This document shows, piece after piece, positions 39,497 through 50,009 of a stretch of DNA of 64,000 bases. The notes below the pieces were generated by a model. The model saw only the letters and a list, made by a program, of their open reading frames with translations, did no database searches and was not told the DNA's origin. The number at the start of each line of letters is the position of its first letter. The first letter of the stretch is position 1. The translations under genes and the position numbers were made by a program. Source of the DNA: Dehalococcoidia bacterium (lineage in GTDB: Bacteria > Chloroflexota > Dehalococcoidia > GIF9 > AB-539-J10); NCBI GenBank assembly GCA_003552125.1, contig PUON01000154.1, positions 21,965 through 85,964 on the forward strand, read 5' to 3'.

Positions 39497-40687
39497 ATGG
39501 AAGGAATCAAAGACAAAGTCGCAATCATCGGCATGGGCTGCTCCAAATTTGGAGAGAATTGGGACAAGAGCGCAGATGACATGATCATCGACGCCGTATA
39601 CGAAGCATACGAGGATGCGGGCATCGAATCGAAAGATATTGGTGCGGCCTGGCTCGGAACCTACGTTACCGAATGGACGGGACAGATGCTGTCACGGGCG
39701 CTTAAGCTTGATTACGTACCTGTGACACGGGTCGAGAACGCGTGTGCAACTGGGTCGGACGCATTGAGAAACGCCTGTTATGCAGTCGCGTCCGGTGCAT
39801 GCGATATCGCACTTGCGGTCGGTGTCGAGAAGCTCAAGGACTCGGGCTATACCGGACTGCCGGATTTCGAGTTGTTGCGCCGACAGAGCAACACGTATCG
39901 CACGAGAACGTACAGCCCTCCGGGACACTTCGCCATGATGGCGACGAAGTACTTCGACAAGTACGGGCTCGATCCCGAAGAGGGGAAGAGGATCATTGGG
40001 GAGATCGCCGTGAAGAATCATCATAACGGCGCCCTGGCCCCGAAGGCCCATTTCCAGTCCGAGACCACACTTGAGAAGGTGCTCGCGGCTCCGATGGTCG
40101 CCTGGCCTCTCGGCCTGTTCGACTGTTGTGGGGTGAGCGATGGCGCAGCGGCGGCAATCGTCACTCGGGCTGATCTGGCGGAGAAGTTCCGCGCAGATCC
40201 AGTCTACATCAAGGCGTTACAAATTGCCGTCGGCCCCTACGAGGGGTACATGAGCCCGAAGTACGACTGGGTTCACGTGGAGGAAACGGCACGCGCTGGA
40301 GAGCGTGCCTACGCTGAGGCCGGGATCAAAAACCCCCGCGAGGAAATCAGCATCGCCGAGGTGCACGACTGCTTCACCATCACCGAGCTCGTGATCATGG
40401 AGGATCTCAAGTTCAGCGAGCGCGGCAAGGCCGCCGATGACGTCAGAAGCGGCTTCTTCCACCTCGACGGAGGCCTGCCTGTGAACACGGATGGCGGACT
40501 GAAGTGCTTCGGCCACCCCATTGGTGCGAGCGGCCTGCGTATGATGTACGAGGTGTACAAGCAGCTGCAGCAAAAGGCGGACAAGCGGCAGATCAAGAAT
40601 CCGCGACTCGGATTGACGCACAACCTTGGGGGGACGCCCGCCACCTGTAGCGTGAGCGTCATCATCGCGGGCAACGAGAAAGGCTAG
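39497..40687 (+). CDS. Archaeal-type thiolase (acetyl-CoA C-acetyltransferase, SCP-x-like).
   Basis: [13 protein letters not shown]...[11 protein letters not shown]-terminal GHPIGASG motif. Confidence 0.8.
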   Translation: MEGIKDKVAIIGMGCSKFGENWDKSADDMIIDAVYEAYEDAGIESKDIGAAWLGTYVTEWTGQMLSRALKLDYVPVTRVENACATGSDALRNACYAVASGACDIALAVGVEKLKDSGYTGLPDFELLRRQSNTYRTRTYSPPGHFAMMATKYFDKYGLDPEEGKRIIGEIAVKNHHNGALAPKAHFQSETTLEKVLAAPMVAWPLGLFDCCGVSDGAAAAIVTRADLAEKFRADPVYIKALQIAVGPYEGYMSPKYDWVHVEETARAGERAYAEAGIKNPREEISIAEVHDCFTITELVIMEDLKFSERGKAADDVRSGFFHLDGGLPVNTDGGLKCFGHPIGASGLRMMYEVYKQLQQKADKRQIKNPRLGLTHNLGGTPATCSVSVIIAGNEKG

Positions 40688-40722
40688 AAGACAATCGCTA
40701 TCGTCAGAGAATGAATAGCGAA

Positions 40723-40750
40723 GGGGCCGCTGGTAGCAGCGGCCCTTTTG
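40723..40750 (+). terminator. Intrinsic terminator after the thiolase gene.
   Basis: GGGGCCGCUG-GUAG-CAGCGGCCCU then UUUUG. Confidence 0.7.
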
Positions 40751-40783
40751 TCGCAATATCACCACCATCCTTCGCGCATACCT

Positions 40784-40812
40784 TTGCGTCCGGGGGAGAC
40801 CTGACCTATAAT
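40784..40812 (+). promoter_or_regulatory. Putative pdxS promoter (leaderless).
   Basis: TTGCGT, a 17-nt spacer, then a perfect TATAAT (40807-40812) 6 nt before the ATG at 40819. Confidence 0.4.
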
Positions 40813-40818
40813 ACGACC

Positions 40819-41700
40819 ATGGAGAAGAGTACGTTCCGTACGAAGAGTGGCCTCGCTCAATCCCTTAAGGGCGGGGTTATCATGGACGTGGTAACGCCGG
40901 AGCAGGCACGTATCGCCGAAGATGCAGGTGCGTGTGCGGTTATGGCGCTTGAACGGGTTCCTGCCGATATACGGGCTGCAGGTGGCGTGGCGCGAATGGC
41001 CGATCCGACCGTCATTACAGCGATCATGGAGACAGTGAGCATTCCGGTCATGGCTAAGTGCCGGATCGGGCATTTCGTGGAAGCACAGATACTCGAAGCA
41101 CTAGGGGTCGATTTCGTCGACGAATCGGAGGTGCTCACTCCAGCTGACGAGAGTTTCCACGTGTGGAAGCACGATTTTCGGGTCCCGTTCGTGTGCGGTT
41201 GCCGTGAGCTTGGTGAGGCGCTGAGGCGGATTGCCGAAGGGGCAGCTATGGTGCGGACCAAGGGCGAAGCCGGCACAGGGAACATCGTGGAGGCAGTGCG
41301 CCACATGCGCACGGTTCAGGACGGCATACGAAAGGTGAAGGGGCTTCCGAAGGAAGAACTGGTTACCGAAGCGAAGTCGCTTGGCGCCTCTCTGCAACTC
41401 CTCATTGACCTTCACGAATCCGGATCCCTGCCAGTGGTCAACTTCGCCGCCGGTGGCGTGGCCACCCCGGCCGATGCCGCTCTCATGATGCAGCTCGGCG
41501 CTGATGGAGTATTCGTCGGCTCTGGAATATTCAAGTCGAGCAACCCTGGGGCCAGGGCCAAGGCAATTGTGGAGGCAGTGACCCACTATCGCGACCCGGA
41601 GATACTCGCCAGAGTCTCAAGGAACCTCGGAGAGGCGATGCCCGGAATCGAAATTGCAGCCATCCCACAGCAGGATTTGCTCGCCTCGAGGGGCTGGTAG
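40819..41700 (+). CDS. pdxS: Pyridoxal 5'-phosphate synthase, synthase subunit PdxS.
   Basis: KGGVIMDVV...AKCRIGHF...[14 protein letters not shown]. Confidence 0.9.
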   Translation: MEKSTFRTKSGLAQSLKGGVIMDVVTPEQARIAEDAGACAVMALERVPADIRAAGGVARMADPTVITAIMETVSIPVMAKCRIGHFVEAQILEALGVDFVDESEVLTPADESFHVWKHDFRVPFVCGCRELGEALRRIAEGAAMVRTKGEAGTGNIVEAVRHMRTVQDGIRKVKGLPKEELVTEAKSLGASLQLLIDLHESGSLPVVNFAAGGVATPADAALMMQLGADGVFVGSGIFKSSNPGARAKAIVEAVTHYRDPEILARVSRNLGEAMPGIEIAAIPQQDLLASRGW

Positions 41701-41708
41701 GAAGGGGT

Positions 41709-43130
41709 TTGCGACAGGTAGTAGCCGACAAACTGGACGCGCTCCTCGAGGTGCTGCCGCCCCACATACGTGAACTCTTGACTGAGCAGGCACGCATCAA
41801 CGATCTGCTTGAGGTCGTCATGGATCTCGGTGCTCCCCCGGAAGCCCGTTTCCCCCAAGGTGAGGTTATCATAAGCGACAAGGAGGTCGACCAGCACGAC
41901 ATCGCCTTCGTCGTCGGCCGGATAGGCGAGTTTACCTCTGACAACAGGGCGGGCATTGAACGGACGCTGCATCGAATCTCCGCAATGCGCAACCGCCGAG
42001 GTACGATTGTCGGGCTTACCTGCCGCGTCGGGCGCGCAGTGTTCGGGATGGTCGACATGATAGCCGACCTTATTGAATCGGGACAGAACATCCTGCTCCT
42101 GGGCAGGCCGGGGGTTGGTAAGACAACGATGCTTCGAGAATCTGCGAGGGTGCTCGCCGATTCAGCAAGGAAGAGAGTGGTCGTCATCGATACCTCAAAT
42201 GAGATCGCCGGAGATGGCGATATCCCGCATCCCGCAATAGGCCACGCCAGGAGAATGCAGGTGCCGACACCCGAGAGGCAGCATTCGGTGATGATCGAGG
42301 CGGTGGAAAACCATATGCCGGAGGTTATCGTTATCGACGAGATCGGCACTGAGCTTGAGGCACAGGCGGCCCGGACCATCGCAGAGCGGGGAGTGCAACT
42401 CATCGGCACCGCACATGGTAACAATCTCGAGAATCTTATACTAAATCCAACGCTGTCCGACCTCGTGGGCGGCACTCAGTCGGTTACTCTTGGCGACGAA
42501 GAGGCGCGCAGGCGCCATACGCAGAAATCCATTCTTGAACGCAAGGCTCCGCCGACATTCGATGTTGTGGTCGAGATACTCGGCTTCTACCGCGTGTCGG
42601 TACATACAGATGTGCAGGAGGCGGTGGACGGCATTCTCACCCGGAAGCCGACACGAACTGAATCGCGCTGGGTTGAGAGTAACGATGAGGTCCGTAAGGA
42701 GACCGTGCTCTCTTCGCACACAGGCGCCGCCACAGCGCAGGAAGAAGAGCTTGTACCTCCGAGCTCGCCACGCGACCGTGCAGTGAAGGTGTTTCCCTTC
42801 GGCGTTAACCGTAATCGGCTTGAGACCGTTGCAAGGCGGGAGCGCACCAATATTCAGATCGTAGACGATCTGGATGCATCCGATCTCTTTCTGACTACCC
42901 GGACTCACTATCGGCGTAAGCCACAGCGGGTTCGGGATGCCGAAGCGCTCGGGATCCCGATCTATGCCCTGAAAGGGAATGACCTCCACCAGATGCGACA
43001 ATGCCTTCATGCGGTTGCTCCGGGACTCTCCCGCTCCAGCTATGTCCACCAGTTGCAGGAACTGCTGAACGAGGGCAAGGGCGAAGGAGAGAAACGACCG
43101 CGGACGAAGAGCCCAAGGAGGGGCGGCTGA
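41709..43130 (+). CDS. SpoIIIAA/ycf45-like P-loop ATPase with a C-terminal R3H-like nucleic-acid-binding region.
   Basis: Walker A GRPGVGKTT. Walker B VIVIDEIGT. ...LIGTAHGNNLENL... The TTG start is tentative. Confidence 0.6.
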   Translation: MRQVVADKLDALLEVLPPHIRELLTEQARINDLLEVVMDLGAPPEARFPQGEVIISDKEVDQHDIAFVVGRIGEFTSDNRAGIERTLHRISAMRNRRGTIVGLTCRVGRAVFGMVDMIADLIESGQNILLLGRPGVGKTTMLRESARVLADSARKRVVVIDTSNEIAGDGDIPHPAIGHARRMQVPTPERQHSVMIEAVENHMPEVIVIDEIGTELEAQAARTIAERGVQLIGTAHGNNLENLILNPTLSDLVGGTQSVTLGDEEARRRHTQKSILERKAPPTFDVVVEILGFYRVSVHTDVQEAVDGILTRKPTRTESRWVESNDEVRKETVLSSHTGAATAQEEELVPPSSPRDRAVKVFPFGVNRNRLETVARRERTNIQIVDDLDASDLFLTTRTHYRRKPQRVRDAEALGIPIYALKGNDLHQMRQCLHAVAPGLSRSSYVHQLQELLNEGKGEGEKRPRTKSPRRGG

Positions 43131-43133
43131 CTC

Positions 43134-43778
43134 GTGGGGCTGTTCATCTCTTTCGAGGGATGCGAGGGATGCGGCAAGAGCACGCAGGCGAAGCGCCTGG
43201 CTGCGGAGTTGCAGCGGCAGGGTTACCCGGTGACGCGCACCTACGAGCCGGGGGGGACCCCTCTTGGCGCCCAGTTGCGTCGCTATCTGAAGAGAGCCAG
43301 TGATTCGACCATCTCGCCCGAGGCCGAGTTGCTGTTGTTTACCGCAGCCAGGAGCCAGCTTACCAGGGACATTATTCTGCCTGCACTTGAGCAAGGCCAC
43401 ATCGTAATCTGCGACAGGTATTCCGATTCCACTGTAGCGTACCAGGGCTATGGGCGCGGTCTGTCCCTCGATACGATAGCCGTGGTCAACCAATTAGCCA
43501 CGAACGGCCTCCGGCCGGACCTGGTGCTGTTGCTCGATATGGATCCGTTTTGCGCGCTACAACGAAAGAAGATGCCGAGAGACAGATTCGAACACGAGGT
43601 GCTCGACTTCCACCAGCGGGTGAGAAACGGCTACCTTCGGCTCGCGCGCGAGGACCCGTCGCGCTGGGTTGTCCTCGATGCCTCCCACTCCTTTCCAGGC
43701 ACAGCCCGGACCATCCAACAGGTAGTGTCGTCGTTGGTGAAGAGCACCGGCATTCTGCAACAACTGTCCGAACACTAG
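43134..43778 (+). CDS. tmk: Thymidylate kinase.
   Basis: FISFEGCEGCGKST P-loop. DRY motif. GTG start. Confidence 0.9.
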   Translation: MGLFISFEGCEGCGKSTQAKRLAAELQRQGYPVTRTYEPGGTPLGAQLRRYLKRASDSTISPEAELLLFTAARSQLTRDIILPALEQGHIVICDRYSDSTVAYQGYGRGLSLDTIAVVNQLATNGLRPDLVLLLDMDPFCALQRKKMPRDRFEHEVLDFHQRVRNGYLRLAREDPSRWVVLDASHSFPGTARTIQQVVSSLVKSTGILQQLSEH

Positions 43779-43812
43779 TACAATTCGGCGCGGGCTCCAG
43801 GGAACCGCAACC

Positions 43813-44889
43813 ATGAAGCAACGCGTTGCAGTCGCTCTCAGTGGAGGAGCCGATTCGGCGATCGCAGCATCGCTGCTCGCAGCTCAGGGCTACGACGTGA
43901 TCGGCATTCACCTCTTGATGACCCGCTCACAGCAAGCGGCTACACAGGCGGAACGCGCCCGGCGTGTGGCCACACACCTCGGTATTGGGTTCGAGACAAT
44001 GGATGTCGCCGACTCTTTCGAAGCAGGAGTAATCACGCCGTTCTGTGAAGAGTACGCGGAGGGAAGGACTCCGAATCCCTGTGTAAGATGCAACCGGGAG
44101 ATAAAGTTCGGCATCCTGCTGCAGGAGGTACTGGCACGAGGCGCTGAGCTGCTCGCGACCGGCCACTATGCGAGGGTTGCCACAGAAGGAGATCGTTTCC
44201 TGCTGCAGAAGGCAGTCGATCGCAGAGCGGATCAATCCTACTTCCTGTACGCCATTCCTCAATCGTGCCTACCCAGACTGGCTATGCCACTTGGAACCGT
44301 GTCTCGCGGAGAGGTCAGGCTGCGAGCGGCGCAAATAGGGCTTAACCCCTCGGAGTCCAGCCAGGATATCTGTTTCGTCGGCGAGCGGGGCTATCGGAGC
44401 TTTGTGGAAAAGCGCATACTGGCCTCACCAGGAGACATCGTCGATGCCAAGGGAGTGGTGCGAGGGCACCACATAGGCTTACCATACTACACGGTGGGAC
44501 AGCGACACGGGCTGGGTATCGCGCTTGGCGAGCCAGCATATGTGGTCCGACTCGATGTGGGGATGAACAGGGTCATGGTGGGAGATGCTGATCTCCTGCT
44601 TGCCCGAGCGGCAATGGTGCGCGAACTGAACTGGCTTAGCGCCACGCCTGCGACAGTAGAATTCGACGTCCAGGCACGTATTCGATACCGTGCACCATGT
44701 ACTAACGCGGGAGTCTCGCTCCGGACGGACGGTGCGCTGGTGCGCTTCGAGGATCCACAACGTGCAGTTACTCCGGGACAGTCGCTTGTATTCTACGATG
44801 GTGATACGGTACTCGGTGGCGGCATCATAGTAGAATCTCTCAAGGACAAGGCAGATGCAGAAACGGATAGTTCGGCCGAACTGGGATAG
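43813..44889 (+). CDS. mnmA: tRNA-specific 2-thiouridylase.
   Basis: VALSGGADS PP-loop. C...CN motifs. Confidence 0.9.
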   Translation: MKQRVAVALSGGADSAIAASLLAAQGYDVIGIHLLMTRSQQAATQAERARRVATHLGIGFETMDVADSFEAGVITPFCEEYAEGRTPNPCVRCNREIKFGILLQEVLARGAELLATGHYARVATEGDRFLLQKAVDRRADQSYFLYAIPQSCLPRLAMPLGTVSRGEVRLRAAQIGLNPSESSQDICFVGERGYRSFVEKRILASPGDIVDAKGVVRGHHIGLPYYTVGQRHGLGIALGEPAYVVRLDVGMNRVMVGDADLLLARAAMVRELNWLSATPATVEFDVQARIRYRAPCTNAGVSLRTDGALVRFEDPQRAVTPGQSLVFYDGDTVLGGGIIVESLKDKADAETDSSAELG

Positions 44890-45496
44890 GGAACGGAATC
44901 TGCGCGAACAGGGATTCTGGCCGGTAGCAGGAGTAGATGAGGCGGGTAGGGGCGCAATCGCAGGCCCAGTCGTTGCTGCGGCAGTAGTTGCAGACTGGTC
45001 GATCCCCCGCACCTGGCACGAATCGGTCCGCGACAGCAAACAACTCTCCGCGGTTCAGAGGGAACGGGTCTTCGAGCACATATCGGCAGATGCTGTCGCA
45101 GTGGGCACTGGCATCGTGCCGTGCCAGGTTATCGACCGGATCGGCATCGCCGCAGCCTCCCGCAGGGCCATGCATGAGGCGCTGCAATCTCTCTCCGTAA
45201 CCCCTTCGTGGGTGCTAATAGACTGGTTCACGCTACCGTCGTTGCGGATGAGACAGGAAGGCGTGCCCGGAGGAGATAGCGCCTGTATCTCCATCGCCTG
45301 CGCATCGATAGTAGCTAAAGTGACGCGCGACCGCCTTATGGAAGAGTTCGATGCTGTATACGATGGCTATGCGTTCGCTCTGCACAAAGGATACGGCACC
45401 ACGGCACACTTGCGCTTTCTTGCTGAGCGCGGAGTGTCTCCTGTGCATCGGGTCACCTTCGAGCCGGTGCGCCGCATCGTAGGAGCGTTGCTGTGA
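44855..45496 (+). CDS. rnhB: Ribonuclease HII.
   Basis: AGVDEAGRGAIAGPVV motif. It overlaps the mnmA end by 35 nt, so the start is uncertain. Confidence 0.8.
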   Translation: MQKRIVRPNWDRERNLREQGFWPVAGVDEAGRGAIAGPVVAAAVVADWSIPRTWHESVRDSKQLSAVQRERVFEHISADAVAVGTGIVPCQVIDRIGIAAASRRAMHEALQSLSVTPSWVLIDWFTLPSLRMRQEGVPGGDSACISIACASIVAKVTRDRLMEEFDAVYDGYAFALHKGYGTTAHLRFLAERGVSPVHRVTFEPVRRIVGALL

Positions 45497-45861
45497 ACTA
45501 CGCCGACGTGGGCCAGCGGGGCGAAGAAATCGCCCGCAAGCTCCTCAGGAAGCGCGGCTACAGGATACTGGAAACCAACGTCCGAGGGCACTTTGGCGAG
45601 ATAGATATTGTCGCACGACAGCAGCGCTGCCACGTGTTTGTCGAAGTGAGAACGAAAACGGGGGATTCCTTTGGCACACCGGAGGAGTCGATCACGCAGC
45701 ATAAGAAGCACAAGCTGGTTACCTGTGCGCTGGCGTATGTTGCGTCACATCCCGAGCTGCACGAAGCGGAATGGCGCATCGATGTCGTCGCCATAGAACT
45801 TGACGAGAACGGACGGCAGGTACGCGCCGAGATCATTGAGTCGGCTGTCCCAACAGATTGA
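45493..45861 (+). CDS. yraN: YraN-family (UPF0102) endonuclease.
   Basis: GEEIARKLLRKRGYRILETNVRGHFGEIDIVA. GTGA overlap with the rnhB stop. Confidence 0.8.
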   Translation: MNYADVGQRGEEIARKLLRKRGYRILETNVRGHFGEIDIVARQQRCHVFVEVRTKTGDSFGTPEESITQHKKHKLVTCALAYVASHPELHEAEWRIDVVAIELDENGRQVRAEIIESAVPTD

Positions 45862-45917
45862 TGTCTTCGTTGGGTTATAATGGGCTGCAACCACCCGGAG
45901 AAGAGGAGGTAACACAC

Positions 45918-46886
45918 ATGAAAGTGTACGTTTCGTTCTGGCTCCCAGAGGCCCCGTTGAACGCACTCAGGGAGAAGCATGACGTGACAATCAACGACAA
46001 GGAAGAGTTGCCGTCGGCAGATGACCTGGCCGCGCAACTCTCCGATGCCGATGCGTTCCTCTGCGTGGGCAGCAGGGTGGACCGCGCGGTGCTCGACCGG
46101 GTAGGCGATCGCCTGAAGATCATCGCCAACTGGGGGGTGGGCTACAACAACATCGACGCCGATTACGCTGCGCAGAAGGGCATCATGGTCACTAATACGC
46201 CCGACGTGCTGACGGAGACGACCGCCGACATGGCGTGGGCGCTGCTCATGGCGGTTGCGCGCAGGGTTGTCGAGGCCGACACGTATGTGAGGGCGGGAGA
46301 GTTTCAGGGCTTCAAACCGTTTGCCATGCTTGGGTCAGATGTGTGGGGCAAGACACTCGGAGTTGTAGGGTTCGGCCGCATCGGACAGGCGGTCGGCAGG
46401 CGTGCACTCGGATTCGGCATGAAGGTGCTGTACTACGATGCCGTCAGGCTCTCTCCTGAAGCAGAAAGGGAAATCCCGGCCACTTATGTGGATCTCGATA
46501 CACTCGTCAAGGTATCCGACTTCGTGTCGCTTCACGTCCCGCTGGCAGAGGATACTCGACATCTGATCGATGCGGCCCGATTATCAACGATGAAACCCTC
46601 CGCCTTCCTCGTGAACGCGGCGAGGGGGCCGGTTGTCGATGAGCAGGCACTGCTCGAGGCACTAAGGGACGGCACGATAGCCGGAGCCGGTCTCGATGTA
46701 TTTGAGCGTGAACCGGAGGTAACTCCGGGACTGCTGGATCTCCCCAACGTGGTGCTCACGCCTCACACCGGCAGCGGCACGTGGGAGACAAGAACGAACA
46801 TGGCGCACGTCGCGGTGAACAACATACTCGCTGCACTCGATGGAGGGACGCCCCCTAACCTGGTCAACAAGCCAGCCACAAGATAG
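45918..46886 (+). CDS. D-isomer-specific 2-hydroxyacid dehydrogenase (glyoxylate/hydroxypyruvate reductase).
   Basis: GVVGFGRIGQAVGRR NAD motif. GGAGGT SD. Confidence 0.8.
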   Translation: MKVYVSFWLPEAPLNALREKHDVTINDKEELPSADDLAAQLSDADAFLCVGSRVDRAVLDRVGDRLKIIANWGVGYNNIDADYAAQKGIMVTNTPDVLTETTADMAWALLMAVARRVVEADTYVRAGEFQGFKPFAMLGSDVWGKTLGVVGFGRIGQAVGRRALGFGMKVLYYDAVRLSPEAEREIPATYVDLDTLVKVSDFVSLHVPLAEDTRHLIDAARLSTMKPSAFLVNAARGPVVDEQALLEALRDGTIAGAGLDVFEREPEVTPGLLDLPNVVLTPHTGSGTWETRTNMAHVAVNNILAALDGGTPPNLVNKPATR

Positions 46887-46919
46887 CGTCCTTAAGTCGG
46901 CACGGATCAATTAACGGCC

Positions 46920-46946
46920 GAAGGGCGGGATTGAATCCCGCCCTTC
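46920..46946. terminator. Bidirectional terminator between convergent genes.
   Basis: GAAGGGCGGGA-UUGAA-UCCCGCCCUUC then UUCGUCUCUU. Confidence 0.65.
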
Positions 46947-46968
46947 TTCGTCTCTTAACAAAGACCTC

Positions 46969-48678
46969 TCAAGCGGTCTCGATGCCGGCTGCCTTCTCCA
47001 GACCCAGTTCCTTGATCGCCACCTCTCGCATCTTGAACTTCTGTATCTTCCCGGTGACGGTCATGGGGTACTCGGTCACGAACTTAACGTATCGCGGTAT
47101 CTTGTAGTGGGCTATCCTGCCCTTGCAGAACTCCCGTATCTCCTCCTCGGTCGCCGTCTCGCCTTCCCGGAGCTCTATCCACGCCTGGATCTCCTCACCG
47201 TATTTCTCGTCCGGCACGCCGATGATCTGGACGTTCTTGATCTTGGGGTGGGTAAACAGAAACTCTTCGATCTCCCTCGGGTAGATATTCTCGCCACCGC
47301 GAATGATCATCTCTTTCGCGCGTCCCGTGATTCTGCAGTAGCCTCTCTCGTCCATGGTCGCAAGGTCGCCGCTGTGGAGCCAGCCAGCTTCGTCGATGGC
47401 CTCGCTCGTACCCTCGGGGTTGTTGTAGTAGCCACGCATAATGTTGTAGCCCCGATAGCAGATCTCCCCCTGTGCGCCGCACGGCACTATGGCGCCTGTT
47501 TCCACATCGATGACCTTCAGTTCAACGTGCGGTGATGCCCGGCCAACGGTACCCGTGCGATCTTCGATCGACGCATCCACGGATGTCTGGGTCGCGATGG
47601 GAGAAGCCTCGGTCTCACCATAGCCGATCGTCACCTGTGATGCATGCATCTTAGTGATCACCTTCTTCATAACCTCGATCGGGCAGGGTGCGCCAGCCAT
47701 GATGCCGGTGCGCAGTGATGACAGGTCGAAAGAGTCGAAGTCCTCGTGCTCCAGCTCGGCGATGAACATTGTCGGCACACCATGCAGCGCCGTGCAGCGC
47801 TCCTGCTGCACGGCCCGAAGCGTCGCCCCAGGATCGAAGCTCTCCGCGGGCAGCACCATGGTCGCCCCGTGGGTCATGCAGGCCAGGTTGGCGAGCACCA
47901 TGCCGAAGCAGTGGTAGAAAGGCACCGGGATACACAGGCGGTCCGTGTGCTTCAGCAGCATACCCTCTCCGGCAAAGAAGCCGTTGTTGAGAATGTTGTG
48001 GTGCGTCAGGGAGGCCCCCTTTGGCATTCCCGTGGTACCCGACGTGTACTGAATATTGATGACATCATCAACGTCGAGCGATGCCTGCCGCTCTTCCAAG
48101 TCACCATCCGCGATGTCATTGCCGAGCTCCAGGAACCGGTCCCAAGAATAGATGCCGGGGTGTTCTTCCTGCTCAAGCAGGATAGCCGCCTTCATGAGCG
48201 GCAGTTTCGCTGCCTTCAACTCCCCGGGGCTGGAGTCTTTCGTCTCGGGACAGACGTCATAGAACATGGAGACGTAGTTGGACGACTTGAACCGCTCGAT
48301 CAGGAACAGGGCACTCGTCTCGGAATTCCCCAGCGCGTATTCAAGCTCGTGCGTCCGGTACGCAGGATTGATATTGACGAGTACCGCTCCCATGATCGCC
48401 GTGCCGAACTGCACCAGCACCCACTCGGGATGATTGGTGGCCCAGATAGCGACACGGTCTCCGCGCTTAATACCGAGCTTCATGAGCGACTTGGCCACAC
48501 GCCGACAGTCATCCCTCAACTCCGCATACGTCCAGCGCCGACCAGAAGGCACGTCGACCAGTGCATCATTATCGGGGTGCTGCGCGACGATGCGGTCGAG
48601 ATAGTCCGGTATGGTATGGCCAATGAGCGGCGTCTCAGAAACGCCATGAGAATAGCTTAATGGGACCGATTGAGCCAT
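46969..48678 (-). CDS. AMP-dependent acyl-CoA synthetase/ligase (FadD-like).
   Basis: [14 protein letters not shown]-binding motif. AGGAGG SD. Confidence 0.85.
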   Translation of the reverse strand: MAQSVPLSYSHGVSETPLIGHTIPDYLDRIVAQHPDNDALVDVPSGRRWTYAELRDDCRRVAKSLMKLGIKRGDRVAIWATNHPEWVLVQFGTAIMGAVLVNINPAYRTHELEYALGNSETSALFLIERFKSSNYVSMFYDVCPETKDSSPGELKAAKLPLMKAAILLEQEEHPGIYSWDRFLELGNDIADGDLEERQASLDVDDVINIQYTSGTTGMPKGASLTHHNILNNGFFAGEGMLLKHTDRLCIPVPFYHCFGMVLANLACMTHGATMVLPAESFDPGATLRAVQQERCTALHGVPTMFIAELEHEDFDSFDLSSLRTGIMAGAPCPIEVMKKVITKMHASQVTIGYGETEASPIATQTSVDASIEDRTGTVGRASPHVELKVIDVETGAIVPCGAQGEICYRGYNIMRGYYNNPEGTSEAIDEAGWLHSGDLATMDERGYCRITGRAKEMIIRGGENIYPREIEEFLFTHPKIKNVQIIGVPDEKYGEEIQAWIELREGETATEEEIREFCKGRIAHYKIPRYVKFVTEYPMTVTGKIQKFKMREVAIKELGLEKAAGIETA

Positions 48679-48767
48679 GAGTATCTGCCTCCTTTGGTAC
48701 TGAGCGCTTCGGGGTTGCTCCGTGTCTGTACCATAGCACAGGGTGTGGTACCAGCGCTTCTAGATTC

Positions 48768-50009
48768 TCACATGTACCTGCTGAGCACCTCTGGCACGAG
48801 CACCGTGCCATCGACCTGCTGACAATTCTCCAGTATAGCGATGAAAACGCGCGGCAGCGCAAGCCCTGAGCCGTTCAGCGTGTGCGCAAATCGCGGTTTG
48901 GCGCCAGCTTCGGGGCGAAAGCGTATATTGGTGCGGCGCGCCTGGAAGTCGCCACAATTGCTGCATGAGCTGACCTCCAGCCATTCATTCGACCCTGGTG
49001 CCCAGACCTCGATGTCGAACGTCTTGCTCGAAGCGAATCCAAGATCGCCTATGCACAACTGCACGATCCTGTACGGCAGATCCAGACGCTTCAACACCTC
49101 CTCGGCGTCCGCAACGAGCCCATCAAGCTCCCGATCTGAGTCTTCCGGCACCACATACTTGTACAACTCCACTTTGTCGAACTGGTGGCCCCGCTTGATG
49201 CCACGGGTATCCTTGCCTGCGGCCATCTTCTCCCTGCGAAAGCATGGCGTGTACGCCGTGTAGAAGAGTGGAAGCATATCTCTGTCAAGAATCTCGTCTC
49301 GGTGCAGATTCGTCAGAGGCACCTCAGCCGTCGGCACGAACCAGTAGTCTTCCTCAGCATCGTGGTAGAGGTTGTCCGCAAACTTTGGCAGATTTCCGGA
49401 TCCCACCATGCACTCGCGGTGCAGCATAAACGGCGGGTACACCTCGCTGTAGCCATGTTCCTTCGTGTGAAGGTCCAGCATGAACGAGATAAGCGCCCGC
49501 TGCAGCCGTGCTCCCATTCCTTTGAGCACGTAGAACCGGCTGCCCGAGAGCTTCACCCCCCGACTGAAGTCTATGATGTCCAGCCGCTCTCCTATGTCCC
49601 AGTGCGGCAGTGGTTCGAAACTGAACTCGCGAACCTTGCCCCCGGAGCGAACGACTATGTTATCGCTCGCATCCGCTCCTTCCGGCACGCTTTCGTGCGG
49701 GAGATTGGGCAACTCGAGGAGAAGCGCGTCGACCACCTCCTTCGCCTCGCGAGTTTCGCGCTGCAGCTCCGCCACTCGTTCTCCAAGGGATCTTAGTTCG
49801 TCGAGCAGCTCCTGCGGCTTCTCCGTGGTTCGCCCCAGCTGCTTGCTCTCGTGGTTATGGCGCGCACGGAGGTCCTCGGTCTGGCGGAGCAGTTCGCGAT
49901 ACCGTTCGTCCGCTTCGACCACGGGACCCAATGCGTCGGATAATCCCCTGAGAGCCATTGCGCGCTCCACTCCGGCACGGTCTTCGCGAATGAGTCTGAT
50001 ATCAATCAT
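48768..50009 (-). CDS. serS: Seryl-tRNA synthetase.
   Basis: N-terminal coiled coil and a class II aaRS core. Confidence 0.9.
   Translation of the reverse strand: MIDIRLIREDRAGVERAMALRGLSDALGPVVEADERYRELLRQTEDLRARHNHESKQLGRTTEKPQELLDELRSLGERVAELQRETREAKEVVDALLLELPNLPHESVPEGADASDNIVVRSGGKVREFSFEPLPHWDIGERLDIIDFSRGVKLSGSRFYVLKGMGARLQRALISFMLDLHTKEHGYSEVYPPFMLHRECMVGSGNLPKFADNLYHDAEEDYWFVPTAEVPLTNLHRDEILDRDMLPLFYTAYTPCFRREKMAAGKDTRGIKRGHQFDKVELYKYVVPEDSDRELDGLVADAEEVLKRLDLPYRIVQLCIGDLGFASSKTFDIEVWAPGSNEWLEVSSCSNCGDFQARRTNIRFRPEAGAKPRFAHTLNGSGLALPRVFIAILENCQQVDGTVLVPEVLSRYM

Noticed and set aside
42441-43493. 350-aa minus-strand ORF spanning the ATPase and tmk genes
   Set aside because: Antisense artefact. 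The plus-strand genes have clear Walker and P-loop motifs and coupled starts.
47746-48660. 304-aa plus-strand ORF antisense to the acyl-CoA ligase
   Set aside because: Arg/His/Gly-rich antisense frame with no SD. The opposite strand has a canonical AMP-binding motif.
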